Assembly: GCA_951406725.2 (NCBI GenBank)
Contig: OX597822.1
Location: 54,808,001-54,872,000, forward strand
From: Octopus vulgaris
Lineage: Eukaryota
Direction of reading: 5' to 3'
DNA: 64,000 nt
This document shows positions 63,622-64,000 of this stretch, piece by piece. Each line of letters begins with the position of its first letter. The first letter of the stretch is position 1. Made by a program: the position numbers and the translations under genes. Below the pieces are notes generated by a model. The model made no database searches, was not told the DNA's origin, and saw only the letters and a program-made list of their open reading frames with translations.

Positions 63622-64000
63622 AAACTTTGTAGAAGAAACTAACAACAGCTAGGAATACGTTGGAGAATGTAAACCAAGATATATCACAATTAGGAAGAAA
63701 AAATCGTGATGGTCACGGCTAGAGAATCATTGATTCGTAGATCTGGTGAATCGGAGCCGAATGAAGCGTGGGCAGCAGTGGATAGTGTAAGGAATCAACA
63801 CAAAAATTGTAACTTCAAAACTCTACATAGTTGCGTAGTTAACAAGTCTACTTTGTTATTACGTAGTTTCGGGTTCAATTCCACCGTGCGGCATCTTTTA
63901 CTGAATATTTTGTGAGTTTGGTAGACGGAAACTGTGTGGAAGCCTATCTTGCGTGCGTGTGTGTATATGTGTGTGTATGTATGTTTCTATGTATTTCTCA

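Overview
AT-rich, microsatellite-dense animal genomic DNA. The repeat families point to a coleoid cephalopod, most likely an octopus; this is inferred from recognising the repeats, not from a database search. The only confident host protein-coding sequence is the last two exons of a PDE9-like cGMP phosphodiesterase (+ strand, 634-780 and 7681-7785). The rest is mostly transposon-derived: several tRNA-derived SINE families, RTE-clade LINE fragments, an internally deleted mariner plus mariner/hAT/other MITEs, Gypsy remnants and a solo LTR. Almost all ORFs in the supplied track are microsatellite or SINE artefacts. The most interesting signal is a set of short non-coding elements with Penelope-like hallmarks: minimal type I hammerhead ribozyme motifs, fold-back (hairpin-centred) inverted structure and 10-14 bp target-site duplications. 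One of them (29202-29549) joins a tRNA-derived Pol III promoter to an intact hammerhead core. A shift in CpG decay near 40-42 kb, together with orphan minus-strand splice sites, hints at a second, unrecognised transcription unit. All coordinates were read by eye.
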